Source: Lama glama
Taxonomy: Eukaryota
Reading direction: 5' to 3'
DNA: 64,000 nucleotides
NCBI GenBank assembly: GCA_028534125.1
Contig: CM052817.1
Coordinates: 49,912,001 to 49,976,000 of the forward strand
Shown piece by piece: positions 25,901-40,900 of this stretch (position 1 is its first letter; every line of letters starts with the position of its first letter). The notes under the pieces were generated by a model. It worked only from the letters and a program-made list of their open reading frames with translations, was not told the DNA's origin and did not search any database. A program made the position numbers and the translations under genes.

Positions 25901-28900
25901 AAAGTTGTTTTTCAAGGAAAGAAATTGTCCTTGAGTTTGCAGCTTTTAAACTTAAAAAGAAAGCTTCTAAATTTCTGCTCAGTTTTATGTCTCATAAAAA
26001 ATTCTGTAGGTGCCTATTTTGATAGTAAAGGCATTGCATGATCAATTAGGAGGTAATCTTCCATTAGCCATTTCACTACTTCATGTAATAGGTGGTATAT
26101 ATCACTGGTTACATTCTTATACCCAAATATGAATAGACTTTAGTTTTTGCTAGAAAAATATCACTTGGTATGGGACCATATGTGTTAAAGATTAAGAGTT
26201 TTTCTTTATTATAAATATCTTTAAAAATAACTGAGCACATAAACAATTTCTTTACATTTTCTTAGACTGGAGAGTATGTGTTATAAAAATGACTTTCAGT
26301 AAAATATTTTATAAGATTGTGTTTAAGAATCTGATTTTTACTTTTCATGACTTCAATGTTTACTGTCAGTTTCTCAGTCCCTTTTCTGTTGACCACACGC
26401 TCAGCTTTCAGCTCTGTTTTATTTTCCATTAACTCTACTGCTTTTGGTGAATGGACATTCCATTCTTTTCTAAAATGAAAAGTAAGAATTCACTGCTAGA
26501 CCATCAAACAAAGATACCTTGTTTCTTATAAACTTTGCTTCATTTTTAGGGCAAGGCAGAAGTTGTTATTGAAAAATTACAGATTGTATGATGATGATGT
26601 GCTGATGTTGCTTCTAATTTTGTAACGCTAGATATCCAGTCCCAAATACCAAAATCCTTGATCCCGAAACCAATTTACAAATAAATAATTTATCCTATTT
26701 GTGATCATTTTATACCCCAAAGAATATGCTTAATTATAAATAAAATTGTCATAAAAGAGCCTAAGATAGTTGAGCTTTTTTTTTCTTATATATTCTGTAA
26801 TATATAAGCTTAAAATTGTTTTTATCATTTCACAGTTCATCAGTGCAGATATACATGGAGTTTGGTCACGGTTGTTTTGTGATTTCGGTGATGAATTTGA
26901 AGTTTTAGATACAACAGGAGAAGAACCAAAAGAAATTTTTATTTCAGATATAACGCAAGTATGATTATATATGTATATTATTGTATATGTATATGATTGA
27001 TTTTTTAAGTTGATGTGAAACTTTTTTAAAAGGTGGTATTAGCAAAATATTAGAATATGCAATATTTTTTATTTGTTTAAAATAAAGTTGGAATATTAAA
27101 AGTGTTTCTGGATTCCTTCTAACATTATTTAATAATTGATAGACCAACAGTTGCTTATGTCGTTGATTTTAATTTTAATTTTGTTCTATGCCATGCCCCT
27201 ATGGGACATGAATTCAGTATTTACCACAGTTTATTGTGTCAGATCATAGTTGTGCTAGGTATGTCATAAGTCACTTGGCCCAACACTTTGACTCCAGGAA
27301 GATGGACACATCATAGACAAGAGCTTTTCAAATTTGTTACATTTCTAAAGCATTAACCTTCAAATCAGAAGATCTGAATTTTCTAACCATCTTCTTTTTT
27401 TTTTTTCTGGTTTTGTTTTACTTTTGAGGTAAAATTCACATAACTTAAAATTAACCACTTTAAAGTGAACAGTTCTGAGACATTTAGCACATTTAACCAT
27501 GTTCAGTTAATATCGTGCTAGTTTAATTTTTTTATTCCCTAAAAGAATTAGAGAAATTATTATGATCTATTTTTACTACTTTTTCTTTTTAGCCTAAGTC
27601 ATTAACTTTATATACAGTCTTTATAATCAATTTATGTTAAAGGTCAAAAGAAGACAAATATAAGGAAATGATAATATACTTTGACCTAATAGTATTTGTG
27701 CTTCTATCTTTATGCTTTATTTTTAAACCTAATGTTATGTTGCCTTTCTCACCCCTTTTTAAGAAAAATTCATTGAAAAATTATTCTGTGTGTCTTTCTG
27801 CTTACAGAATGGTTTATTGTTCAGCCTTTTACCTTCTCTAGTTATTGTTAGTTTGTCCCTGTGAATATCGTACAGTTGGAGTAAGCTCCAAGGGATCTTG
27901 TATTTCACTGATATTTTCTTTTATTGAATAGTGCAGGAAATGTGGAGGTTATCCATAAAGAATTAGAAAATATCATAAACGTTCCCATTTAACTTACCTG
28001 CAGATTATTTCTCCTTATGAATATTATTCTTGAGATATTAGTAAACCCACATTACATTAATTTTATCTGCATGTTTGTGATCATAATTATATTTCTCAGA
28101 TCATTAAGCAGCAAGAGAATTTTTAGTATCTACACAATTGTGAAAGAGAATGATAATTCCATTAGGTTTTATGTAGATTAAATTATCACCTTATTTAAGC
28201 AATGTGTTGGATTATATGCAGTTAGTAAATTTCCAGGTGTTTGACCTATCTCATCCTTTCTTTTGGTGAGATAAGTGTATTTCTTATTCTTTATATTTTT
28301 CTTCCTATTTTTATCCTGATAAACTTGGCTACATAATATTTCTTTGGCTTTAAAGTATTGGACAAACTTTAAACTACCACTTTCCTGGCTTAAATCTCCA
28401 TCCTTCATTCTTAGATTTCTTTGATCTTCAGAGTTGAACTAATCTTTTATGAACATCAAGTCTTTCATAAATGACTTTAGAACTTAATATTCAGTCACTT
28501 TGACTTTTTTTATAAGTCACAATAATCTTTGAATCTATGAAACATTTGAACTCCTTTATGGAATCTGTTTCCCCCAATCAGAGAAATTATATTTTTAACA
28601 TTCCTAATAAAATAAGTGGGTCCCTGTTTTGTGAAAGTTTTTTTTTTAAGTTTAATAATACATTTTATTTAACCCAGTATATCCAAAATGTTATTATCTC
28701 AACATGCAATCAATATGAAAAAGCATTAATGAGATATTTCCCATCCCTTTTATCATACTAAGTCTTCAAAATCTAGTGGACCCTTTTATACTCATGGCAC
28801 ATCTCACTTTGGATCTGCTGCATTTCAAGTTGTGACAGGTTTTTAAAATCTTGCTATTACTATAGAAGAATGGCTTGGAATTTTGGTTGTTTTGAGAATT

Positions 28901-31900
28901 TTATGATAACATGGGTTCGTTTTTGTGTGAAATTGGAATTTGTACAAAAAAGAAATACATGGCTTTGTTTTTTAGTAGATTACTCTTATTTTTAGGCTAA
29001 TCCTGGCGTTGTTACTTGCCTTGAAAATCATCCACACAAACTTGAAACAGGACAGTTCCTAACATTTCGAGAAATTAATGGAATGACAGGCTTAAATGGA
29101 TCTACGCGAGAAATAACTGGTAAGTTTCTGTGTTTTATTAATTCATTTATACTTATTCATTATTCAGCACATTTATAGTTCAGGCTCTGTTCTCAGTGTT
29201 GAGAATACACTATCAACTCAGATAGACATGATCCAATTCCCTGGCCTCAAGACATTAAATCTAAGTAAGGGGATGTTAACATTAAGCTGTGATGATGGTA
29301 TAAAGAGAAAAGATGTTCTAGGAACTTTAAACTTAGCAAGGAAGCCTACTCAGTTTTGGTATAACAGCTGTAGAGACAGGGTATCTTGATTAAAATTTGA
29401 AGATTGCATTGTCTTAGGAAGGTAATGAAAAGGAAAGAACAGTCTGTGCAGAGACAAACAGTAAGAAGCAAGATACAATTCAAGAACTTAAAGATATAAT
29501 GTGACAGGGCTGGCAGTGAGAGTTGAGATAGCAAGAGTCTTAGGACATTGAGGAGGAAACTTTATTATCTCATATGGTAGATGAGCGAAGATTCTGGCAA
29601 CTTACTTATTCACACATTAGGGAGTGAAAGAAAAGGAGCAGGTTCTGAGAGAAATTAATGTGTCCAGTCTGAGCTTGCTGGGTGAGGTGACAGTGAAGTA
29701 TTCAAGCAAAGATACCTGTTTTTGTCCAGTGGCTTTAATAAAAGGGATGAATGAATGTTACTGTAGGCAGATGTGTTGGTTTATTAGCAAGAAGCTGCAG
29801 GGATCTGTTCTGTTAGTGAACTAAGGTAAGATCCTGACCCAAAGGAGAGATAAGGTGACGTGGCCAGAGATTTGAAGAGAGTAAACATTTTAAAAAATAG
29901 ATTATCAGGCTTCATTTAGGGCCCATTTGAAGTTGAAGATAATTAATTTGTAGCACTGTTAGTCTGCATAGTTTGTGATTTTCTTCCAAGCCATGTTTAA
30001 AAGAGTTAAAAACATTAGTAGATGTCTTATAACTCAGAGACAGCATGTTTACACCTGCTCAGCTGAGAGTGATTCAGTTTTATCTCTAGGGCTTTTGAAA
30101 GTATAATTATGTGATTAATGTATAGACTAGTAAATGGATTACTTTTTTTTTTCTTTTAATGACTACAAAGTGAATCCTTAGGAGAGAAAAAAGTCAGTTT
30201 CTGTTACAAATTTATAGCAAAACTTTGGTCTGTATTTAAGAATTTTTGATAATAAAACTTTTGGATTTTATTTCCCAGACTATACATATGTAAAACACAG
30301 GTTCATATCATTGATATTAAATAATTTGTATTGGTTTTTCCAAAAATTGACTAAACTAATTATTTAGGATTATCCTTTGTTGTTTTGGGGTCCACGTAAT
30401 GATGGATTGTGGTACTGGATCCGAGTCTTGAGGCTATATATATGAAAGGAGGAGCCACTGGATGTCAAGAAATGAAAATTTTAAAAACTCACATTTTGTA
30501 CCAAAAATTCTTTGGGCAAAGAGAGGATATTTAAATAGAATAGGTGTTTATGAAACTTACTTTTTTCTTAACATTTATTAATTTATACTTACTGCTCTAA
30601 AGTAATTTTCTGTTACTTGAAAAACATTTTAAAATAGCTACAATATGCTTATTCTAGATAAACATAAACATATAAATGTTTAAATAGAGTTAAAAATGAG
30701 TACTATTTCAGACCTCCTCCCACTCCAGAGGTGTGGCAGCCTAAGATTGTTGTTTACTCTGCTGACCTGTTCTGTCTCCTTAATACATAAGGCTTGTTTA
30801 TTTAATTTAATTTCTTGAAAAGTCAGATAGTTCAAACAGTAGAAGGCAAATGTTCATAGTGAAAACTTTTCTGCCCATCTGTAGATCCTCCTTGTTACTA
30901 CCTATCCAGTGTTCTCAGTTTTTGTGTCCTTCCAGGGTTTCCTTATGCAGTTTTATACGCAAAGTAGCATATTACTCATAGAGCTACCCTTTGACTTTTC
31001 ATTAAATGAATCATCTAGATGGGTGTTTTTACATCAGTAATTGCATAACAGTCTTTATTTTTTCCCCTTATGGCTCATAGTATTTCAGGCATTATTGAAA
31101 TTGGTATAGTATATCACTTGAGCTATCCCTTCCCCGAAAATAATATACTATAATTACATTTTACATATTATGGATAAAGTTAAGTATCTCATCTTAAGTT
31201 TTAGAGCTATTTTTTCTTTTAAAGTGAATCATCCTTTACCCATTTTCTTGTTGAGTTTTTGACCATTTTCTTAATCATTCGCCGGGACTCCTAATATACA
31301 GGGCATATTTACTGAGTTGCTTTTTTTTTTAATATGAGTCACAAATATTTTTTCTAGTTTGGCATTTGACTTTGCTTGTTATAGTTTTTATTGTGTGTAT
31401 ATAATGTCAAATTTTTCAGTTTTTTCTTTTATGGCTTTTATTTTAAGTCATAATTAGAAAAGCCTTTCTCTACTGCAAAGTTTTTCTCCTATACTTTTAT
31501 CTAATAAAATTTTTTACATGTTTTTGGACATTAAAACTTTTATCCATTTGAAATACTTTCCTAGGTGGCTTTTTTCCCTGCAAGATTTGTTGAGTAATCT
31601 TATCTTTTCTTTATTGGTTTGAGTTGCCACCTTAATTTTGTCCCTCGTGGATCTGTTTCTGAGTTCTCTAATCTGTTTTGTTTGTGTACCTGTCTATTCA
31701 GGAGCTAGTATCACTGTAGATTAATTATTAAATATATATAATAAATATAAATATATTGATTATTGAGGCTTCATAAAATATTTTAATATCTGACGATAAC
31801 CTCTTATCATTCTTTTTTTATCCTTCCAAGTTTTCTTGGCTATTTTTGCTAAGTCCTTATATTCATATTGGAAAAATAATTTCTCTTCCCACACTTCCTC

Positions 31901-34900
31901 CCACCCACCTCCCTACAAAAAGATTTAAACTGAGACCTTCTTAATTTTGTAAATTAGAGAAAATTGGTATTTTATGATGATAAGCCTTCAAATGTAAATG
32001 CTTAGTATGTAATGGTTTTCTTTTTTTTCTTCTTTTAGTGTTATCACCATTTTCTTTTAGCATTGGTGATACTACAAAACTGGAACCTTATTTACACGGA
32101 GGCATAGCTGTTCAAGTTAAGACTCCTAAAACATTTTGCTTTGTAAGTATTTTTTTCTGCTTAAAAAATACTTCTTTACAGAAGAATGACAGCAAATAAA
32201 ATAATTACTTAGTTAACCAAACAATAATTCAAAGGTTGAACAGATACTGATTTTCTATTTGTACCCACTTTGAGGAAAATTGTATCAATCTATGGAAATA
32301 AACTGATATCAACAAAAAAATTTACAATAGTAACACATATAATTGAGGTATATAAGTTACCTCAAAGAAACTGCACCTTTGTGAATCATGAAAAGGTTGA
32401 TCATACTTCTTAAAATTACTTCCTGAGACAAAAGACATAACTAACAAGCATTGATTCAGTGTGTTTTGTTTTATTATTCAGCTATTCACATTTTTAAAGT
32501 AAAAGGAATATTTCTTTTATTTATCATACTTATTGATTCAGGTTTTTTGATTTAATTTTTTGAGCTTCAAGAAACAGTGTGTATATTGGAAATGTGAGAT
32601 AATTCCTATAAACTGGCATTGAAAGGAAATGTAAGTATCTGTATAGAGAGAATTTTGAGGCTACTAGTATCAAGGAACTGAGGAGTCTCCTACTGCCTCC
32701 TACTCCTAAATCCTTAGGCCACTTCTCAGAATAAGCTGTCTAATTCATCTCTGTTTTTTTCTTGCAAGTTGTCAAGGTTTTAACTTGACTGCCTGTTGTT
32801 TTCCAGAACAATTAACTAAAGTCCTCTACAAGGTTTTGTTTAAGACAAAGTTATAACAAAACAACAGATTAAAATGCTACAGCTACTCAAATCTGCCCCT
32901 GCATTACTTCCTCTTGCCATTGTCCACAGTTTTTAATTATGCTTCTGTTTATGTTTCAAGTAAATTTCAGGTTGGATTGTCTTTTGTGGGCCTGGGGGGA
33001 TGTTGGTTGATTGTTTGGGTTTTTTTGGCTTTCATGTGTTCTTTGCTCCACACGAAGAATTTTAACTGGTTGTTTATTCAAGTCCTGTCAGGCATAAAAA
33101 GTCTTAATAATGTGCTATCAGAAATATGTGGTAGCTCTTTCATTAAAATAGTATTTTTTCAAGTGTACTAATGTTTCCAACAATTCTTCCTGAATTTACT
33201 ATGTGGAGCAGGTTGTCTAATTGCATTTAACATTAAAAAAATAAATAAGTGTGATAATAAGACAAGGGGTTACCAGGGAATGGTAGCTATTTTATATTTT
33301 AGCTAAAATGTATTAGGTCAACCTAACTTATTTCTCATCTTTGGGAGAGAGCCATTGCATTTAGTGTTCTGTATAGTTTGTCAAGTAATCACTTGCTTGC
33401 TCTAGAGTTATAGTGGATTTTTTTGTTGTTTATTTTTCTCTCTTAGGAACCATTGGAGAGGCAGATAAAACATCCAAAGTACCTTATTGTGGATTTCAGC
33501 AAACCTGAGGTAAATAAACACGTTGTAGGTTTGAGAGAGGCAACAAAGTGGGAGATGGAGATTGGTAAAAGATTATAAGGTTGAAACAGAGCAACCATGT
33601 ATGTACCTTTCTGTCAGACTGTTAATTTTTTTTTTAATAAAGATTGTATTCATATGTCTAGAGTTGACTCCCAAGAATTAAAAATGGGAATTTATATAAT
33701 GGAAAATGTTAGAAAAATAGGAAAAAATTTAACTATTATAATGATAGGCCAATTTTGATGGTTAAAAGATGATTTTAATAATTCATTCAAAGGTGATCTT
33801 ACTAGAAGATTTTCTGAACCATGTAGAGTTTTATATAATACGTATTGCTCCCCACCCAAAAAAAAACTTGGGAAACATTCTGTTTTTTCAAATCACTGGA
33901 TATAATTTTATAGCAGTCAATGTATTTGTGATAACAAGTTTTATTTACAGTTTCCAAATTTGTATATGTTGATAAGGAAAAGAGATTCAGTGATCTTGTA
34001 TAAATATTTGTTGCTGTTGTTCAGTTGATACTACTCTTAAGTTTCATATGAATAACCTAATAAAAACTAGTCATACCACCTGGGAATGAAACTTGGATCT
34101 ATTGCTTAAATACAGCTTTCTGACCTTGAAGTCAAGTCATTTAACTTCTCTAAGCCTCAGCTTCCTCATCTGTTAAGTAAGGATAATAATAGTTATAAGC
34201 TAATTCATTTTTGTAATGAATAAAATAATGTTTTAAAAACATTAACATAGTCAATGCCTGGTACACGTTACACACTCAGTAAATATTGACCAATTTTTTA
34301 ATGTTCTAAATAGGCATCTTTAGAGATTCACTCAGCCATGCTTGCCTTGGACCAGTTTCAGGAGAACTATAATCGCAAGCCAAATATTGGGTAATGTTCT
34401 TTGTTCGACTTTTTTTCCTTATTGTAAAAAGAGTATTTCAGAAATTATAGATTACTTTTAAGTAACTAAGCCCAATATAAGTGCAGTACCATTAAATACA
34501 CCAAACTATAAGCACTTCTGAAAACCTGGGGTTTTTTCTGATTAGAGTGGAGAGGTCAATTTATAAAAATGAAATTATACTAAATAAGAATTTTCCCACT
34601 TTGAAGTCTTCAAAAGCTATAACTTTTTAAAATCTGGGAATTATTGAATTATGAATCTACTATCTAGTTTTTTTACCACCTAGTTTATTACGTCAAGTTT
34701 TATTGCAAAAGATTTTTCCCTTGAATATTTAAATCTTATTTATATACTGTCCTTAAGTGAGCATGATTTTGAAGTAATGTGTTTATAAACCAAGTTACCT
34801 TCAAGTCAGTAAGCACTTTATGCTACATGTTGGCAAAATTCCACTTTTTTTTAACATTTCTTTAATTTTAGTTATTTATATGACCTACTATTTATAGCAA

Positions 34901-37900
34901 TTGAGAACATTGATATTGGGTGCTTTGTTTTGAATCCTAGATGCCAACAAGATTCAGAAGAGTTGTTGAAACTAGCAACATCTATAAGTGAAACCTTGGA
35001 AGAGAAGGTGAATATTCAAAATGATAGCCATCAAAAATTGTGTAACATATAAATATTGATATTTTCTTATCCTTCAAATTCCAGTTTTGCTATACTTGTT
35101 GACTCTGTGACAGTAGACAAGTTACTTGATTTCATTCTGCTTTAGTTTTTCAGATCATGGCCTATTTTTTAATTAGGTTGTTTGTTTTCTTCTTACTGAG
35201 AAAGTTCTTAATACATTCTGGAAATTAGTCCTTTATTGGACACATCTTTTACAAATATTCTCTTCCAGTCTGTGGTTGTCTTCATTTTATTGCAGCATCT
35301 TTTGAAGAGCAGAAGTTTTTAATTTTGATAAAGTTTAGTTTATCAGTTTTTCTTTTTTGTGATTTGTACCTTTTTTAACCCCAAATCACAAAGTTATTCC
35401 CCTGTGTTTTATTCTAGAAGGTTTATAGTTTTGCAAATTCATTTTTATATACCATGCAAAGTATAGATCATGTACATGACTGTATATTTTGAACTCATTG
35501 TTTATAGTTTTGTACTTTTATGAATTCATTTTTTTCTACCTTGCCAAATATAGATCAAGGTTAATTTTTGTGTATATGACTATCTAGTAATTCTAGTCCG
35601 TTTATTGAAAAGAGAATTCTTTCTTTTTTTCAGTTTTTTTGGCATCTTTGTCAGAAAGTTATTATATGTGTAGGGCTTTTTCTGTACTCAGTAGTATCTT
35701 CTATTGGTTGTTTCTGTCCTTTTGTTGGTACTATCCTGTATTGATCACTGGAGCTTTATAGTAAATATTGCAGTCAGGTTTGGTCTCTGCTGTATTACTC
35801 AGAAAGAGCTCAGAATTAACAGTATTCCCTGAGTTCTTACACATTTGAAATTGTTTCTGTAGCCTTTATGCTTGAAAGGCAGCTTGGCTGAAAGTAAAGT
35901 TCAAGGCTTTTACTTTCTTCCTTAATACTTTTTTGTATCTTATTGTTGGGAAGTATGATGCCAGTTTACTTATCTGACTCTTAAGTAATCTGATCTTTTT
36001 TGCCTTGAGTCCTTGTATATTTTTTTTCTTCTGTATATTTTTTCATCTGTGAAGTCTAATAGTTTTACCAGAATATAACTCAGGGCTGATCAGTCAGTTG
36101 TTCCAGGTACACCAAGAGCCCATTTTGATTCATAGATTTGTATTTCTTTTATTTATTTCATCCCCTTTAGGGGAGGGGAATGGATTATTTTGGTTCTTGG
36201 TTATTAAATTTCTGATTCAAGGTGGGGTTTTTTGTGTTTATTTTCCCAAATCTTCAAGTGTTTGTTATAATACAAAAGTGTTAGTTATAATTATAAGCAT
36301 ATATAATTCACTCAATCAGGTTTACTCTACCTTGTGATTAGTTTGGGGGAGAAATTTTCAGTAGCTGAAATGTTTTGATTCTAATGTTTTGTCTCCTTAC
36401 ATCACCTTTGCTTGGTAAACTGATTTTTTTCTGCATATTTTTTTGGATGGGGTAAGGGTTTTGGGTGCTTGTTCAGATTTCTACTTCTAGAGCCCCTCTT
36501 CCTATTCTCTCAGGATACTGAAAAAGGAGTGTCTTTAATAAATGATTTAAAAAAAATTTTTTTTAATATTTTTGGTGCATAGGTGTTGGTATATCTTACT
36601 GATCTTTTTGATTTCTGCCAAATCCTACTTAACTTCCTCTCTTACTTCCTTTTTCAGTCTTCCCTGTCCTTCCTGTTTACATCATTATCTCCCAGAGTAG
36701 TCCTTTCACCATAGCCATTGCTGAGATCTGCCGGATTTCATACATGTTCAGTATTTTTGCACTTCATGTGGGACCTTCTGTTTTCTCAGGATGATTTTGA
36801 CTGCTTTGTCACGCTAGGCTTTTCATTGTCTTTTCTGTGTTTACATGCTTCATGCTCTCTGTGTAGGCTTACAGCAATATGAAGTCCAGAAATAGTTCAT
36901 TTGGGGTTTGGTGTTTGTTTTTTTATTTATAAGTAATTTGAAGTTCATAATATTCTGTTTCTTACTAATGCCGAAGCCCTGCCACTGGTTTATTTCTCTT
37001 TATGTGGATATGTATCATTTTTGGAGACTGTGTGAGGAAGTTCAGGTTTAAGCCATAGTCATTATCCCAGGATAATGAAAAATTCCCAGATTTGGATTTT
37101 GTTTATTAAAAAATACAGAATCTTGAGAGATGGTGTACCTAATGGTAAGAATAGAGCGGGGAGTTGGACTTTCTGTGTTCAGATTCTGGCTTCCCCACTT
37201 ATTAGCAGTAAAATTTTAAATAAATTACTTAATCTTTCAAAGTTTTAGCTTTCTAATTTGTAAGATAGAAATTATATTTCTGAGGATTATTTTGAAGATT
37301 ACATTTGGACTTAATATACAACTCAGAGTAAATGTTCAAATTACCTGCTTCTATTAGCATTCTTGTCATTGTTTTTAATGTTATCACTACCAGCAATATC
37401 TCTGCCTTCAAAAATGGCACAGTTTATGAAATTGTAATCCAAGGTGCATTTAGTGCTAAGTAGTTGTAAAATAATGAGATATAGAAAAATTGAAATGGAG
37501 TGAGTAGACTAGTGAGTAGATATTAACCTCTTTCTGTATCATAGATCTTTGATTATGTAATAAAAGCCTTTGTTCTTCTTTTCTACATGCACAAGTACTG
37601 TTATTTTACATAGGATTTCAGATTAATTGAGCCCTACTTGGATCCTAGATTGAGATTATAGTTACTGATATCAAAAGTATATGCAGAGAAAGTGTAGCCA
37701 TAGCTCATAAAGAGATCTTTGTCCCAAATAAGAAATTGTGCTAAAATAATAACTACAAAATTCAGTTCTCTATTGTTTCCTTAAAAATACTAATAAATTT
37801 TATTTTGAGAAACATCATTTCAGATTTTAAGTGTGATTATGAAAACTTTGTGATGATTGGCTCTTAAATTAGATTAGTATGTAAAACTGCCATTACTCTC

Positions 37901-40900
37901 TTTTTTCCTAAACTGCCTTTTCTAACAATGTATTAACTCATTTTTACAGTTTTACTTTTTATTTATCACTTCAAGCACGAATCATTGCTTCCTTACCACT
38001 TTTTATGGCTCATTTTATTTTTATTTACCTAGGTTAAAGGTTTTTCTATATTAAAACATGTTTTTAAAAATTCTAGTTGTTTGTAAATATTGACTGACAT
38101 CACAGAACTATTTTTTAACAAGAACTATCAATGGTAGATAATCCAATTAATTATAAATTGTGCCCTAGTATAACAACAAAGAGTCAAAAAGTGAAAATAG
38201 GGGAGGTACTGGTAAAGAAAAATACTGCTTAAGGTAACTAACATGCAGTTGGATCTTTTATTATGAGATTGGGACTCTTTTAGGACTTAAAAACTATTTA
38301 GTAGGGAAATTGAATACCTTTTTTAAAAGTTAAGCTATAATTATTCTCACATTAACTCAATACCATGTGGATACTGTTAAGATTATTATCTTTCCTGGCT
38401 TGTGTTTCAGCCGGAAGTAAATACTGACATTGTGCGTTGGCTCTCTTGGACTGCCCAAGGCTTTTTACCCCCACTTGCTGCAGCAGTAGGAGGTGTTGCC
38501 AGCCAAGAAGTATTGAAAGCTGTGACAGGAAAGTTTTCTCCTTTGTGCCAGTGGGTTAGTGCTCTGTTTTTATATTTTTTTATACTTAAGTTTGAATTAT
38601 CTACCAATATAATGAATGTCTGTTATGACTTACAGTATTAATATGTTATGAAAGACAACCTTAAAATATTTTTTGATGCATGAGTTAGATGTGATATGCC
38701 ACCAGAACTTAATTCTACAATTAAAACTGGCAGGATCATTTGTTGAGGCTGTCGGGTATAACCTAGAATTGCATTCGAGGATGTATTTATGAGAGAAAAA
38801 AATGAATTTTCTATCCTTAGATTTAGTTCTGCTACTATGTAGCAGTCATGAGCTTTCAGGACTCTTGAACTGTTGTGTGTAATCTTTTGGCATCATAAAT
38901 CTTCACATTCCCTAGTTTCTAGGTATAAACTTCTAAAGGTAGAAAGCATAGGAATGGTAAAAGTTTAGCAGCTATGTAGGGGAAAAACCCTTACTTCTAT
39001 TAACAGAAGGAATAATTGACAGCATTTATCAAAGGACACTATCTTGTTTTTTGTGTTTTAAAAAGTTAATTTTAATAATTAAAATATATGAAATTTATAA
39101 TTAAATTTATTATAGATTTAATAATGCTATTTTGCTGCAGAATCATTTGGTTTATTTTAACAGAGTACAAAAGTCTGGTTTTAGATATAACTATTAACAG
39201 CATTGCAAATATGAATTATGTTATTAATACAGATTCTATGTTGTCAAATAAATAACCATTTATTCTCATGTTCAGATTTAGCCACATAATGAAATGAAAA
39301 TGAGAATGAGACTCAACAGTTTTTTCTCATTAACTTGAACTAATTCTGTTTGATATTTTTGTAAATGCTGAAATTATGGCTTCCTAGACCGTTTCCTCTG
39401 TAGTATAAATAATTATAAATGACATATAGTAAATAGAGACTAAGTATTTTCTTATCAAAAGTAATCAATTATTTACTCAAATGTAGGTGAAATTGAACAA
39501 ACCTTCCAGAGTTTTTAAGTAGTTATAAGAAACAGATTTGGAGGTGAAATTTCCTTTCATTTGTTAAAATTAGAATGTATCATCTTTAAGATGGCTAAGT
39601 GACATGAACCAAATTATATCTTTTTACAGTTCCTCCAGATTTAATGTTTCAATGAAAGAATATAAGGAATGTATATTGTATGAAAAACAATTCTGTGTTT
39701 TAGTCTATTACTTTACTCTGAATTGACATTTTTTATTGTTTTCTTTAATGAGTATTAAATAACTACAGAAGAGAATTACTTTTTGTAGCAATGTAAGTTT
39801 TCTACATAATAAGTTGTGTTTTTATCTTCTACTTTAAGTTATATATTGAAGCAGCAGATATTGTCGAATCCCTAGGCAAACCTGAATGTGAAGAATTTCT
39901 CCCACGGTAATACTGACATTTTTGTTGCTTTTTTCTTAGTTGTATGTTTATAAGAGGCAACCAGATTAAAAGTTTTTGTTCAAATATGCATTTATTTTAG
40001 ATATCTTTTCTTCTAACTCACCTCTGCAGTCATTTCTTCTCTATTTGGAGGTCAAGTGTCGTAATAATGCAGTATCTCTTTGCCACTTTATAAATGAGTA
40101 TAAAACTTTTAAGTTGTATTTGGTAAGAATGATTTGCTTTCAAAACACCATTCTGATTTTAGATGAAAACAGTTGCTACTTGAAGCTTTTATTTATATCA
40201 ATCATTCTTCACCTTTTTGGATCACAAATCTCTTTGAGAATCTGATGAAAGCTTATGGATTCATTCTCCCAAAAATACACATAACCCATAGTTCTGCCTT
40301 CAATTTAAGTGAGTTAACAACTCCAAAGCCCATCTATAGACTTATCTACAACCTTTATTAAAAAACCCTGCCTTAAAAAGTTTTTTCTAGATAAACTAAG
40401 GTCACTTTCACTTAAGCCATTTGGACTTAGGTTGTTAAGTCAAATGGAAAAAAGAAAACGGTCTTTTCTCTTTCAAATAAGATAATTTATCCTTTAGTTT
40501 GGAGTATTCTAAGTACAATATTAAATTGGTACTAACATTAATGAAACTAATTTTTTTTTTATGCCTTTCTATTTTCTTGGTATGTGTTGTTTTCTACAGA
40601 GGAGATAGATACGATGCATTACGAGCCTGCATTGGAGACACTTTATGTCGGAAGCTACAGAATTTGAATATCTTTTTAGTAAGTAGGAATAATGATGAGA
40701 ATAAATGGTACAAACTGCTATTGTATATCAAATTAATTTATTAAAGGAAATTTTAGTACAGTTTCTAACTAACAGAGTATACATTCAGAAAATATTTGAA
40801 ACAGGAGTTTGCAGACTGTGGCTTGGAGACCAAATCCATCCTGCTGCCTGTTTTTATAAATAAAGTTTCACTGCAACACAGCCAGGCCCATTTATTTATA

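Noticed and set aside
26412..26481. Possible 70-nt poison cassette exon in intron 7 (ctttcag| ... aaa|gtaaga)
   Set aside because: Such splice-like pairs are common by chance; no conservation or transcript evidence available
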